Assembly: GCA_963713825.1 (NCBI GenBank)
Contig: CAVQNG010000005.1
Span: forward strand, 227,503-291,502
Reading direction: 5' to 3'
DNA length: 64,000 nucleotides
From: an uncultured Acidobacteriota bacterium
GTDB lineage: Bacteria; Acidobacteriota; Thermoanaerobaculia; Multivoradales; JAHEKO01
In this document: piece after piece, positions 18,288 to 27,988 of the stretch
Layout: the number at the start of each line of letters is the position of its first letter
How positions within the stretch are numbered: the stretch's first letter is position 1
The notes under the pieces: model-generated
Told to the model about the DNA's origin: nothing
Seen by the model: only the letters and a program-made list of their open reading frames with translations
Databases searched by the model: none
Program-made: the position numbers and the translations under genes

Positions 18288-19742
18288 TTGCGTATGAGTG
18301 CGACAGAGCAGTTCAGCTCACGCTGGGGCCTGATTCTGGCGACCCTGGGTATGGCTGTCGGCACCGGCAACATCTGGCGGTTCCCACGGATCGTTGCGAC
18401 CAACGGCGGTGGCGCTTTCCTGGTCTCCTGGGTCGTCTTTCTCTTTATCTGGTCGGTGCCCCTGATGATTGTCGAGTTCTCGTTTGGCAAGCGGGGCCGC
18501 AAGGGCACGGTGGGCAGCTTCATCACCATGGGCGGCAAGGGCGCCGGATGGATGGGCGGCTGGGTGGCCCTCTGCGCGACCTTCATCATGTTCTATTACT
18601 CGGTCGTGGCGGGATGGTGTCTGCGCTACTTCGCGGCCGCCGTACAGGGGGGGCTTACCGGCCAGAGCTCGACGGCCTTCTGGGAAAGTTACGCCGGTAG
18701 CGGCCTGGCGTGGGTCACGAATGCCATCGCCCTGGGTCTGGCCATCGGAGTGGTCTGGTTCGGGGTGCGTGGAATCGAGCGCGTGGCCAAGGTCCTGATC
18801 CCCACTCTGTTCGTCCTGGTCTTGATGCTGGCCATCCGAGCGGTGACCCTGCCTGGGGCGACCGCTGGCCTCGAGTTTCTGTTCCGACCGGACTGGAGCG
18901 CCCTCGGAGACGTCAGGATCTGGCTCCAAGCGCTGACGCAGAATGCCTGGGACACAGGCGCCGGGTGGGGCTTGATTCTGACCTTTGCCGTCTATATGAA
19001 GTCGCGGGAGGACATTCCGCTGAACGCCTTCCTCATCGGCTTCGGCAACAACAGCGTGTCACTGCTGGCCGGCATCATGGTCCTGTGCACGGTCTTCGCG
19101 ATCAATCCCGGCGCCCGCAGCGAGATCGTCGGCGCCGGCAACGAGGGGCTGACCTTCATCTGGATGCCGCAGCTGTTTGCGCAGATGCCAGGTGGCCAGT
19201 TCTTCATGATCTTCTTCTTCCTGGCCTTGTCGTTCGCGGCCCTCACCAGCCTCATATCGATGGTCGAGCTCCTGACTCGCAACCTCATGGATGCTGGCAT
19301 GAGGAGACGCAAGGCCGTCGGTATCGTCGCTCTATTGGCTCTCGCATTCAGCACGCCGTCGGCGTTGTCATTGAGCTTTCTCCACAACCAGGATTGGGTA
19401 TGGGGAGTAGGTCTGGTGCTGTCAGGCCTCTTGTATGCCGTGGCGGCACGCCGATTCGGGGTCGAACGACTACGGCGGGAGGTTGTCAACGCGGACGGCT
19501 GCGACCTGCCTGTCGGTAGCTGGTGGACCTTCATCGTGTCTGTCGTCGTACCCATCGAAGCCGTCGTGCTGATGATCTGGTTCCTCTGGGAGGCCAGGGG
19601 AGCGGATCCTGAACACTGGCTCGACCCGTTCAAGTCGGGCTCCGTGGGTACGGTTCTGGCGCAGTGGGCGATCGTTCTGGTGGCGCTGCTGGTACTCAAT
19701 CGTTGGTTGGGCCGCCGAGTCGGTGCCGAGGGTGCCTCGTGA
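18288..19742 (+). CDS. sodium-dependent transporter, NSS (SNF) family
   Basis: WGLILATLGMAVGTGNIWRFP...GGGAFLVSWVVFLF is the NSS family signature. It has 11-12 predicted TM helices. Confidence 0.9.
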   Translation: MRMSATEQFSSRWGLILATLGMAVGTGNIWRFPRIVATNGGGAFLVSWVVFLFIWSVPLMIVEFSFGKRGRKGTVGSFITMGGKGAGWMGGWVALCATFIMFYYSVVAGWCLRYFAAAVQGGLTGQSSTAFWESYAGSGLAWVTNAIALGLAIGVVWFGVRGIERVAKVLIPTLFVLVLMLAIRAVTLPGATAGLEFLFRPDWSALGDVRIWLQALTQNAWDTGAGWGLILTFAVYMKSREDIPLNAFLIGFGNNSVSLLAGIMVLCTVFAINPGARSEIVGAGNEGLTFIWMPQLFAQMPGGQFFMIFFFLALSFAALTSLISMVELLTRNLMDAGMRRRKAVGIVALLALAFSTPSALSLSFLHNQDWVWGVGLVLSGLLYAVAARRFGVERLRREVVNADGCDLPVGSWWTFIVSVVVPIEAVVLMIWFLWEARGADPEHWLDPFKSGSVGTVLAQWAIVLVALLVLNRWLGRRVGAEGAS

Positions 19743-19785
19743 CGACTGGTCGGAGTCGGCGAACGAGCTGCGGGGAGAACAGACT

Positions 19786-19914
19786 ATGAGTACTTCGGCA
19801 ATCGTCATGATGGTCCTGATCTGCGGCGTCGTCTGGGGTGGGTTCGTCTATTTCTTGACTCGTGCGATGCGAAGCGAGGGTAGGAAGCAGACAGCAGCCC
19901 GAGCGGACGACTGA
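19786..19914 (+). CDS. MetS-like small membrane subunit associated with the NSS transporter
   Basis: 42 aa: MSTSAIVMMVLICGVVWGGFVYFLTRAMRSEGRK, a single TM helix. It lies immediately downstream of the NSS gene, which is the typical arrangement for NSS small subunits. Confidence 0.55.
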   Translation: MSTSAIVMMVLICGVVWGGFVYFLTRAMRSEGRKQTAARADD

Positions 19915-19936
19915 GTCGCCGTTGAGAGATCATCGC

Positions 19937-20470
19937 GTGACAACACCTCCAGTTCGACACATCTATCTGACCGGTTTCATGGGAGCGGGTAAGTCGACTG
20001 TCGGTCGGGCCTTGGGCAAGAGCCTCGGCTGGAACTTCCTGGACCTCGACCGGTTCGTCGAAGAGCGCTGTCAGATGTCGATCTCACGGGTCTTCACCGA
20101 GAGGGGTGAGGACTGGTTCCGGCAGCAGGAGCACGAAGCTCTGGCGGCGGTTCCGAGCCAGGCCGAGACGGTCGTCGCCGTTGGAGGCGGAGCCCTGGTG
20201 CGGCCAGACAATCGGCGCTTGATGCGACAGAGAGGCGTCACGGTCTGGCTAGATGCGCCCTTTTCGCTTATCCTTCAGCGTCTGGGTGACGGCGAGCGCA
20301 TGGCGAGGCCCCTGTTTTCCGATGAGGGTGCGGCCCGAGCGCTGTTCGACCAACGCCGATCGCTATATGCCCGCGCGGACCACGTTGTTCAAATACGACC
20401 GGAGTCGGAACCCGAAGCTGTGGCCAAACACATCGTCAACCTGATCGAGAAGTCGATATGCGCTACCTGA
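19937..20470 (+). CDS. aroK: shikimate kinase
   Basis: P-loop IYLTGFMGAGKSTVGRALG followed by the shikimate kinase core. Probable GTG start at 19937. Confidence 0.85.
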   Translation: MTTPPVRHIYLTGFMGAGKSTVGRALGKSLGWNFLDLDRFVEERCQMSISRVFTERGEDWFRQQEHEALAAVPSQAETVVAVGGGALVRPDNRRLMRQRGVTVWLDAPFSLILQRLGDGERMARPLFSDEGAARALFDQRRSLYARADHVVQIRPESEPEAVAKHIVNLIEKSICAT

Positions 20471-21201
20471 TCGTCGCAGACATGCACGGCAACGGTCCGG
20501 CGCTGGCCGCAGTGCTGGATCATGCCAACGAGCGGGGCTTCGATGCGGCGCTCATTCTCGGCGACCTGGTGGGCTACGGGGCTTCGCCCAACGAGGTGGT
20601 AGGGACTCTCAGGGACCTGCCTGTTGCGAAGCACTTCGTGCGCGGGAACCACGACAAGGTGGCTGCCGGAATCACCGATGGCAGAGGCTTCAATCCGACG
20701 GCCCTGGCTGCTGCTCGGTGGACTCAAGCGGCGCTGGCCGAGGACAACCTGGAGTTCGTGCGCGAGATGCCGCAGGGTCCACTGACTGTCGAGCCGGGCT
20801 TGGTGATCTGCCATGGAAGCCCATTCGATGAAGACGAGTACCTGCTCTCAGCGGGCCATGCCGAGGAGATCTTCGAGTCGATGCCGGGCCAGTGGACGTT
20901 CTTTGGCCATACCCACCTGCCGTCGTTGTTTCGCCGCTTCGAGGGGCGTGTCGAGGCCAGTTTGCTGGATGGCGAGGAGCAGGTTCTCCAGCTGGAGGGT
21001 GGAACCGACGTTCTGCTCAACCCGGGGTCGGTAGGCCAACCAAGGGACCGTGACCCCCGAGCCTCCTACATGCTCCTGGATACAGGGTCCTCTCGGGTCG
21101 AGCACTTCAGGGTCGAGTACTCGATCGTCGAAGCCCAGCAGGAGATCCGGCAGGCAGGGCTGCCCGACGCACTGGCGGACCGCCTGGTTCTCGGAATCTG
21201 A
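20458..21201 (+). CDS. metallophosphoesterase (calcineurin-like, YfcE-like)
   Basis: Motifs MRYLIVADMHGN...GDLVGYG...GNHD...GHTH. It overlaps the 3' end of aroK by 13 nt. Confidence 0.8.
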   Translation: MRYLIVADMHGNGPALAAVLDHANERGFDAALILGDLVGYGASPNEVVGTLRDLPVAKHFVRGNHDKVAAGITDGRGFNPTALAAARWTQAALAEDNLEFVREMPQGPLTVEPGLVICHGSPFDEDEYLLSAGHAEEIFESMPGQWTFFGHTHLPSLFRRFEGRVEASLLDGEEQVLQLEGGTDVLLNPGSVGQPRDRDPRASYMLLDTGSSRVEHFRVEYSIVEAQQEIRQAGLPDALADRLVLGI

Positions 21202-21260
21202 TCTGCGATGGAAGGCGGTTCCGGCTCGCTATCGACCGAGAACCAACAAAGTCGGGGGCA

Positions 21261-22238
21261 CTACTGCGGTGCGGCCCCGCCGATCACTGCACCAGATTCT
21301 GCCATTCTCAAGAGCTCTTCGAAGTCCGGGTCGCTCCCGCCGGCCATTTCGAGGCCGATTTGCCAGGTGTCGACGGCCTGCTCGACCTCGCCGAGCTGAT
21401 ACAGAGCCAGGCCACGGTAGAGCAACGCCTGCTGATGGTCGGGATAGGTCGCCAGAACCCTGTCGAGAAGGTCCCTCCCGACCTCGAACTGCCCCATGCT
21501 GACACGCACGATGCCGTGGACCAGCAGGGCGTCGGGATCGTCGGGGAGGCGCTGCAATACCTCGCCAGCCAAGGAGAAGGCCTCGAAGAACTGGCCTGCC
21601 GACAACAGGATGAGAGACAGCTGTTTCTTGGCAGCCCAGTCTTCGGGATCGTTGACGATGCGTGTCTGCAGTTCCGCCGCCTGTGCCGCGAGCGCTGGCG
21701 GCAATGCCGCCATCTGGCCCGAATGGGGATCTTCGGAAGCTCCAGGCGCGGCCTGAGCCATCGGCTGCTGCGCTGCCGGTTTCGCATCGCGCACGGCGAA
21801 GTAGACCAGCAGGGCGACAATTCCAACCATGGCGGCACCGATGAGGACGCCCGTGAGCATGGGGCGGCCCCGCGGGGCAGTGCCATCGGTCGGCGGCTGC
21901 CGGGCTTCGTCCAGCTCGTCTTGTTCGACGGTTTCCGCCTTGGCAGGTGCGATCTCGGGCTGCTGCTCCTGGAGTCGATCGAGCTCCATGAGAGTCCTGG
22001 CGGCCGCGTCCACGAGGGAGTCGCGCTCGGACTGGCTCAGATTGTCCTCGTCGGCTGCTCGCAGCCGCCGATAGAGGTCGTCCCGCCGGTCCTCCAGGTC
22101 GCGGATCTTGAGGGCAACGTCGGCTGCTTCCGCTTCTTTCTCCGCCGCCTGATGGCGAAATCGGAGGGCCAGCCAGATGCCCGTCGCCAGGCCCACCGCC
22201 AGCACCAGCAAGCTCGGCGCCCAAGTCATCTCATTCAC
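21261..22238 (-). CDS. ccmI: cytochrome c-type biogenesis protein CcmI/CycH (TM plus TPR)
   Basis: N-terminal TM helix, a coiled coil, a second TM helix and C-terminal TPRs. It is the last gene of the ccm operon. Confidence 0.75.
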   Translation of the reverse strand: MNEMTWAPSLLVLAVGLATGIWLALRFRHQAAEKEAEAADVALKIRDLEDRRDDLYRRLRAADEDNLSQSERDSLVDAAARTLMELDRLQEQQPEIAPAKAETVEQDELDEARQPPTDGTAPRGRPMLTGVLIGAAMVGIVALLVYFAVRDAKPAAQQPMAQAAPGASEDPHSGQMAALPPALAAQAAELQTRIVNDPEDWAAKKQLSLILLSAGQFFEAFSLAGEVLQRLPDDPDALLVHGIVRVSMGQFEVGRDLLDRVLATYPDHQQALLYRGLALYQLGEVEQAVDTWQIGLEMAGGSDPDFEELLRMAESGAVIGGAAPQ

Positions 22239-22777
22239 GATGCAACCTCCCGTCTGACTCGCTCCCGGTAGCTTTCGAGCTCATTCTCCGAGCTCGACAC
22301 AGCGGGAGTCGACTCCTCTGAAGCGACGGCTGCCGGCTTTTTCATTCTCGCCGCCAGAAAGATCAGGCCGCCCAAAAGCACGGCAAGAGGTGCTAGCCAG
22401 ACGAGAAGGTTGAATCCCCTGGCTTTCGGCTCGAGACGGATGAACTCGCCATAGGACTGCTCGAAGTATTCCAGCACCTGCGACTCCGAGTAGCCTTTCG
22501 ACAGCATATCCCTGACTTCGCTCTTCATCGCCATGGCGAGGGCCGTCGGCGAGTCGGCGATGGAGAGACCCTGGCAGACCGGGCAACGCATGATCCCGGC
22601 GACGTCCTCGGTGATGAGGTCTAGCTCCGGGCCGGAGAGCGGTGGGCCGGCGGGCTCACCCACGAGGTCCCAGTTGGCGGCCCCGATGGGCGCCTCCTGG
22701 CCCGTCGCGGCAGGCGAGACGCAGACCGAAAGAGCGATGAGAAGTAGGGCAGAACCGATTGAACGCATGGCTATCAT
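22235..22777 (-). CDS. ccmH: cytochrome c-type biogenesis protein CcmH/CcmL
   Basis: Signal peptide, the RCPVCQG (CXXC) motif and a C-terminal TM helix. The start overlaps the ccmG stop (ATGA). The ORF track extends it to 23086, but that extension has no homology. Confidence 0.8.
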   Translation of the reverse strand: MIAMRSIGSALLLIALSVCVSPAATGQEAPIGAANWDLVGEPAGPPLSGPELDLITEDVAGIMRCPVCQGLSIADSPTALAMAMKSEVRDMLSKGYSESQVLEYFEQSYGEFIRLEPKARGFNLLVWLAPLAVLLGGLIFLAARMKKPAAVASEESTPAVSSSENELESYRERVRREVAS

Positions 22778-23295
22778 CCGCTGCTGAGCATGCCGTTGAG
22801 GAGACTTGCGAGCTCGTTGGGGTGAAGTGCGCCGGTGGCCTTCTTGATGATCACACCATCCCGGTCGATGAAGAAGGTCTCGGGCGCTCCGTAGACACCA
22901 TAGGCAATCGCGACGGTACCGGCGTCGTCTACAAGGCTGGGTCCCCAGGCCCCACGTCGATCGATGAAAGCCTGGATATTCTCCGGCTCGTCCTGGTAGA
23001 TCACGCCGAGGAACTCGACAGAGCCTTCGTATTGCTTGGCCCCAGCTTGTAGCACCGGATGCTCGGCGATACAGGGCTGGCACCATGTGGCCCAGAAGTT
23101 GATGACCACTGGCTTGCCGCGCAGATCGGCCAGTCGCACCATCTCGCCGTCCAGACCGCGCAGAGCGAAGTCGGGAGCGGCCCTGCCGACCAGGGGTGAG
23201 TCGATCGCTCGGGGATCCTTGCCGAACGACAGGGCGAGGAAGACGAGGAGAGGAGTGACGATCAATGCTCCTACAATGAGCACTTTCCGATTCAT
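22774..23295 (-). CDS. ccmG: thiol:disulfide interchange protein CcmG/DsbE
   Basis: TM anchor followed by a TlpA-like thioredoxin domain containing the FWATWCQPC active site. Confidence 0.9.
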   Translation of the reverse strand: MNRKVLIVGALIVTPLLVFLALSFGKDPRAIDSPLVGRAAPDFALRGLDGEMVRLADLRGKPVVINFWATWCQPCIAEHPVLQAGAKQYEGSVEFLGVIYQDEPENIQAFIDRRGAWGPSLVDDAGTVAIAYGVYGAPETFFIDRDGVIIKKATGALHPNELASLLNGMLSSG

Positions 23296-25277
23296 CAGGT
23301 CGTTGCCTCCACAGTTCTGGCGCTCTTGGCCGTGGCCGCGGATCGGGGTGGAATCAGGCAGACGACTGTGCCAGCCACCATGATCAAGACGCCGAGCCAG
23401 ACCCAGACTACAGCCGGAGTCACGATAGCCCGCAGGCCAATGCGTCCGTCCTCACCGACACTCATGACCGTCAGGTAGAGGTCATGGGTCAGTGTCGTGC
23501 GCACGGCGGGGGTGCCGATGGGCTCCCTCTGAGTCGGATAGTGATTGAATCTCGGTTCGAGGATTCCCTTGTCCTTGCCCTTGTGCACGACCTGGATGGT
23601 CGCCTTCTCGGCGGTCAGATGGGGCTCGCGCTCGATGGTGAGCTGAGTGAACGTCAGATCGTAGCCACCGACAGCGGCCGATTGACCCGGCGCCAGGGTC
23701 GCCTCCAGATTCTCCTTGTAGGTCGAGGAGATGGCGATCGCCACGAACGTTACGATGACTCCCAAATGCACGAGATAGGCGCCTGTCCGCCGCGGTGCGC
23801 GAACGAAGGTCTGGAGAACCGCCTGCCCGGCGGATTCGCCCTTCTTCGCACGGAGGCGCGCTGGCCGCAAGGCCTGATCCAAAGTGACCCAAAGGGCGTA
23901 ACCGGCCAGGAAGGCGGTCAACAGTATCGACCAGGATCGCGCCCCGGCCAGCAGCGCCAGAATGAGTCCGACAACGGCGGCTGGCAGCGGCCAGACGAGG
24001 GCTCTCTGTAGAGCCTGCTTGTCAGCTCGGCCCCAAGGTAGGGCCGGGCCGATGCCGATCAGAGCCAGCAATCCGAGGCAGATCGGTACCGCCATGCGAT
24101 TGAAATAGGGCTCACCGACGCTGACCTTCACCCCACGTACAGCCTCGGCAATGATGGGGAAGATCGTGCCGACCAGCACCGTGAAGGTAAAGGTGACCAG
24201 CAGCAGATTGTTGAGAAGGAACGCTCCTTCCCGGGCTACGACAGCGTCCTCCGAAGGTTCGGAGACCAGAGTGTCGATCCGCAAACTGAGCAGGATGATC
24301 GAGGCTACCAGAGCGATGCCGAGGAAGATCAGAAAGAGAGGCCCGATCGGGCTCTGGGTGAAGGAGTGAACCGAGTTGACGACACCGGATCGGGTCAGGA
24401 AGGTGCCCAGGATGGTGAGCAGGAACGTCACCATCACAAGAATCACGGTCCAGGCCTTGAGGGTGCCGCGGCGCTGTTGCACAACCGCGGAATGGAGTGC
24501 GGCAATCGCTGTCAGCCAGGGCAGGAAGGATGCGTTCTCGACGGGATCCCAGGCCCAGTAGCCGCCCCATCCCAGCACCTCGTAGGACCACCAGCCACCC
24601 AGCATGATGCCCAGAGTCAGAAAGCTCGTGGGCACCAGAAGCCAGTTGCGGAGTGGGCGCAGCCAGCTGGCACCCAACTGGCCTCGCAGCAAGGCCGCGA
24701 CGGCCATGGCGAACGGTACGCTCATGCCGACATAGCCGAGGTAGAGCATCGGCGGGTGGATGATCATCAGGATGTGGTTCTGCAGCAACGGATTCGGGCC
24801 AGGGCCATCCGTCGGGATGGGCAGGGGCGTTGGCCGGAACGGATTGGCCGGTCCGGCGATCAGGAAGCTGAAGAATAAACCGATGAGGAAGAGAGTGCCC
24901 AGGGTATAGGCCAGGTAGTCTTCGTGGCCTCTGCGCTGCAGCAGTGTCACCCCGGCGGTGAAAAGCCCCAGAACCAGACCCCAGAACAGAATGGAGCCCT
25001 CCAGGGAAGACCAGAGGGAGACGATCGTGATGTGCAGCGGTGTGGCCAGCGAACCGACGCTAGCGACATAGGACACGGAGAAGTCCCTGGTGACCAGGGC
25101 GTACTCCATAATGAGGTTGGCCAAGATCATGAACAGCGCAAAGGCCAACGCCATGCGGCGGGTCCACTGCAGGCCAGCAGCCGATCGGCTCGCCCCCGCA
25201 AAGAAGCCGAGAGGCGCCCCGATTGCACAGGTCATGAGGGCCAGGAGAACGGCCGCTGAGCCGAGTTGGCTGATCAC
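23295..25277 (-). CDS. ccmF: cytochrome c heme lyase subunit CcmF
   Basis: 660 aa polytopic membrane protein with the WD-rich motif WGGYWAWDPVENASF. Confidence 0.95.
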   Translation of the reverse strand: MISQLGSAAVLLALMTCAIGAPLGFFAGASRSAAGLQWTRRMALAFALFMILANLIMEYALVTRDFSVSYVASVGSLATPLHITIVSLWSSLEGSILFWGLVLGLFTAGVTLLQRRGHEDYLAYTLGTLFLIGLFFSFLIAGPANPFRPTPLPIPTDGPGPNPLLQNHILMIIHPPMLYLGYVGMSVPFAMAVAALLRGQLGASWLRPLRNWLLVPTSFLTLGIMLGGWWSYEVLGWGGYWAWDPVENASFLPWLTAIAALHSAVVQQRRGTLKAWTVILVMVTFLLTILGTFLTRSGVVNSVHSFTQSPIGPLFLIFLGIALVASIILLSLRIDTLVSEPSEDAVVAREGAFLLNNLLLVTFTFTVLVGTIFPIIAEAVRGVKVSVGEPYFNRMAVPICLGLLALIGIGPALPWGRADKQALQRALVWPLPAAVVGLILALLAGARSWSILLTAFLAGYALWVTLDQALRPARLRAKKGESAGQAVLQTFVRAPRRTGAYLVHLGVIVTFVAIAISSTYKENLEATLAPGQSAAVGGYDLTFTQLTIEREPHLTAEKATIQVVHKGKDKGILEPRFNHYPTQREPIGTPAVRTTLTHDLYLTVMSVGEDGRIGLRAIVTPAVVWVWLGVLIMVAGTVVCLIPPRSAATAKSARTVEATT

Positions 25278-25765
25278 TCTGCGCTCTCCTTCTCCTTGGC
25301 CTGCTTGTCCATCTCGAACTGCATGGACTTCATCATTTCGGCCATGTCCACACTCTCACCGTCACCGGGCGCCTGATACTGGTTGTCGTGCTTGACCAGG
25401 AGGCGTTGGGTTTCGAATTGGCCAGCCCGATTGACGGAGCCTTCGACCACCACGCCGACACCTTCGCGGAACATGGCGGGCGGCACCGATTTCGTGCTGA
25501 TCGGAATGCTGGCCTCGCCGTCGGTGACGGCGAACTTCAGGGTCAGACCGTCCTCACTGTGTTGAATCGTGCCCGGCTCCACCAGGCCACCGAGTCGGAT
25601 GGTGGCTCCGAGGGCTTTGTCGCCCGAGGCTTCGAGCTCCGTCGGACTCCAGTAGTAGACGAGGTTCTCTCCGATACCACCAAAAGCCAGGAAGGCCAGT
25701 ACTCCAGCGGCGACCATGATGGCGACAACTGCCAGGATTCGACGTCGATTTCTTTCGCTGCTCAT
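25274..25765 (-). CDS. ccmE: cytochrome c maturation heme chaperone CcmE
   Basis: TM anchor followed by an OB fold (YYWSPTELEA...LKFAVTDGEASIPISTKSVPPAMFREGVGVVVEG). The start is the ATG at 25765, which lies inside the longer ORF shown in the track. Confidence 0.9.
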   Translation of the reverse strand: MSSERNRRRILAVVAIMVAAGVLAFLAFGGIGENLVYYWSPTELEASGDKALGATIRLGGLVEPGTIQHSEDGLTLKFAVTDGEASIPISTKSVPPAMFREGVGVVVEGSVNRAGQFETQRLLVKHDNQYQAPGDGESVDMAEMMKSMQFEMDKQAKEKESAE

Positions 25766-25778
25766 GCTAGAAGTCCTC

Positions 25779-25904
25779 TTACTCGAGTTCGGTTTTCCGG
25801 CGGCGGTGAATAAGGCTCCATGCATACACGGCCAGTCCCGCCACGGTAATGCTGTAGGCTGCTACTACGTAACTCCAACCACCGACAATAACGCCATCAG
25901 TCAT
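25779..25904 (-). CDS. ccmD: heme exporter protein CcmD (small, 41 aa)
   Basis: MTDGVIVGGWSYVVAAYSITVAGLAVYAWSLIHRRRKTELE: one TM helix and a basic tail. It sits between ccmC and ccmE. The start overlaps the ccmC stop. It is below the ORF-track size cutoff. Confidence 0.6.
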   Translation of the reverse strand: MTDGVIVGGWSYVVAAYSITVAGLAVYAWSLIHRRRKTELE

Positions 25905-26598
25905 GGCTCGATCCTCCTATGGGGGCTAGGCGCTCCGGCTCTGCCACATTGTCCTGACGCCTTCTGGCGAGCTCCAGTCGGGCCCGCTGAGCCATCATCC
26001 AAATGGCGATAAACAGGATCGCGAAGGCGTTGATCCGCAGCGGCACGACCATCATGGGAGCCACGGTGTCCGGAGTGGACTGTACCTGATGGAGGCTGCG
26101 CCACCAGCGGACGCAGAAGTAGACCAGGGGCACATCGACGAAGGCGACGATCGTGGCAATCGCGGTCCAGGTGGCTCGCCGGCCCGAATCGTGGACGAAC
26201 GAGCGCAGCGCCAGGACGCCGGCAAACAACAGGAGCATGATGAGCGAGGTCGTCAACCGGACGTCCCAGTCCCACCAGACACCCCATGTCGCCCGCGCCC
26301 AGATGCTGCCTTGGACCAGGAGCAGTGCATTCAGGACGATGCCCACTTCGGCGGCGGCCGTCGTCATCGCATCCCATTTCGGGCGATGCGTCCAAAGCGA
26401 GACGATAGCGAAGATGAAGGCGAGGGTGTAGAGCAGCATCGCATTCCACGCACAGGGCACGTGGACATACATGATGCGCTGCACCTCGCCCATGTAGCGC
26501 TCGGCCGGCGCCACGAAGAGCCCGATATAGCTGCCGATGAAAAGCAGCAGCAGGCCCAACAGGCCGAGGCCCGAGTCCCATTTGAATTGGCGCGTCAT
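25897..26598 (-). CDS. ccmC: heme exporter protein CcmC
   Basis: WGVWWDWDVRLTT is the WWD motif. It has 6 TM helices. The start at 26598 overlaps the ccmB stop (ATGA). Confidence 0.9.
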   Translation of the reverse strand: MTRQFKWDSGLGLLGLLLLFIGSYIGLFVAPAERYMGEVQRIMYVHVPCAWNAMLLYTLAFIFAIVSLWTHRPKWDAMTTAAAEVGIVLNALLLVQGSIWARATWGVWWDWDVRLTTSLIMLLLFAGVLALRSFVHDSGRRATWTAIATIVAFVDVPLVYFCVRWWRSLHQVQSTPDTVAPMMVVPLRINAFAILFIAIWMMAQRARLELARRRQDNVAEPERLAPIGGSSHD

Positions 26599-27281
26599 AT
26601 GCCCTCCTCGATGGCGTGTGGGAAAAGCAGGCCACAGAGACTCCAGTAGATGATGGCGAAGCTTGCCAGCAATGTGGCCCACGAACCGACCTGAGACATA
26701 GGGTCACCCGTCAAAATCAGGGTGGTGGACTTGACCGCCCCCATGAGAACAGGAATAACCAGGGGAAACAGCAGCAGAGGCAGGAGAACGTCCTGGCTCT
26801 GCAGGCGACTCGTCATGGCGGCGTAAAGGGTTCCGGGAGCCGATAGGCCCGCTGCCGCCAACGTCCACAGGCCAAGCAGCACCGCCAGACCCTTGAGATC
26901 CAGTTCAACGGAGTAGAGGATCAGCCCCACCGGAGTCAGTACCGGTGCCAGCAACATCAGGAACAGCGTGTTGCTCAGCGTCTTGCCGTAGTAGAGGGCG
27001 ATAGGGTCGACCGGCAGCAGTAGGAGGCCCTCGATGGCTCGTTGCTCCTGTTCGACTCTGAAGCTCTCCGAAAGGCCCAGGGTCGAGCTCAACAAGAGGG
27101 CGAGAACCAGGAATCCTCCAGCCGCGGCCCGCAGCAGCGTGCTGTCCGGACCGACCGCGAACGAGAACAGCAACAGGGTGACGACCCCGAACAGCAGGAC
27201 GGAGATCAAACGACCCTTGCCTCGCCATTCCAGCAAGAGATCCTTGCGCACGACCGTCATGGCCTGACCGAGCAGATTCAT
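26595..27281 (-). CDS. ccmB: heme exporter permease CcmB
   Basis: 6-TM ABC permease beginning MNLLGQAMTVVRKDLLLEWRGK. The start at 27281 overlaps the ccmA stop (ATGA). Confidence 0.85.
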   Translation of the reverse strand: MNLLGQAMTVVRKDLLLEWRGKGRLISVLLFGVVTLLLFSFAVGPDSTLLRAAAGGFLVLALLLSSTLGLSESFRVEQEQRAIEGLLLLPVDPIALYYGKTLSNTLFLMLLAPVLTPVGLILYSVELDLKGLAVLLGLWTLAAAGLSAPGTLYAAMTSRLQSQDVLLPLLLFPLVIPVLMGAVKSTTLILTGDPMSQVGSWATLLASFAIIYWSLCGLLFPHAIEEGI

Positions 27282-27988
27282 ACCGTCGTACCCACGTGGT
27301 CCAGCAGCTCGTTTCCGGTGCCCTGCCAGAGCATCTGTCCTTGCTGCAGGAGAATCGCCCGATCGCACAGCTTCGTTGACCGCGGCAGGTTGTGAGAGGC
27401 GAGAACAACGGTCTTGCCGGCCGTGCGGTACCCTTCGATCCACTCCTCGATGAGATTCTGCCCCGCGGCATCGAGGGCGGAGAAGGGCTCGTCCAGAAGC
27501 ACGAGCTTGGGTTTCTCGAGCCTGGTGCGTAGCAGTGTGAGGCGCTTTCTCATGCCAGCTGAGAACCCTCCAACCGGATAGTCCCGGCGATCGTCGAGGT
27601 CTACCTCGCGCAGGAGCTCGATCGCCTGCTCCTCGGCCAGCTCCATGCCGCCGAGCCGGGTCCAGACCTGGAGCATCTCGAGAGCTGACAGTTGTGAGTA
27701 GAGGTAGTTGTCATGCCCCACCAGCGTCAGGGTGCGACGGCAGGCCAGCTTCTCCTGTTCCGGGTCCATCCCGTAGATCATCATGCTGCCTTGGGTCGGC
27801 TTGTAGAGGCCGGCAATGAGTCGCAGAAGTGTCGTCTTGCCCGAACCGTTGGCGCCGGCCAGGAGCAGGACCTCGCCGGGGCGGACTTCGAGATCGCAAT
27901 GCGCCAGGGCCCACTGGCGTCCGAACCGCTTTCCGAGGCTGGTGGTCTGGACGGCAAGAGGAGCGGAGTCTGCGGCGCGGGTAGACAT
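27278..27988 (-). CDS. ccmA: heme exporter ATP-binding protein CcmA
   Basis: ABC ATPase with Walker A GANGSGKTT and the signature LSAGMRKRL. It is the first gene of the ccmABCDEFGHI operon. Confidence 0.9.
   Translation of the reverse strand: MSTRAADSAPLAVQTTSLGKRFGRQWALAHCDLEVRPGEVLLLAGANGSGKTTLLRLIAGLYKPTQGSMMIYGMDPEQEKLACRRTLTLVGHDNYLYSQLSALEMLQVWTRLGGMELAEEQAIELLREVDLDDRRDYPVGGFSAGMRKRLTLLRTRLEKPKLVLLDEPFSALDAAGQNLIEEWIEGYRTAGKTVVLASHNLPRSTKLCDRAILLQQGQMLWQGTGNELLDHVGTTV

Noticed and set aside
21229-22271. ORFs of 300-330 aa in other frames over ccmI (21229-22224 minus, 21360-22271 plus)
   Set aside because: Only the 21261-22238 frame gives a TM plus TPR CcmI-like protein. The others are R/G/P-rich.
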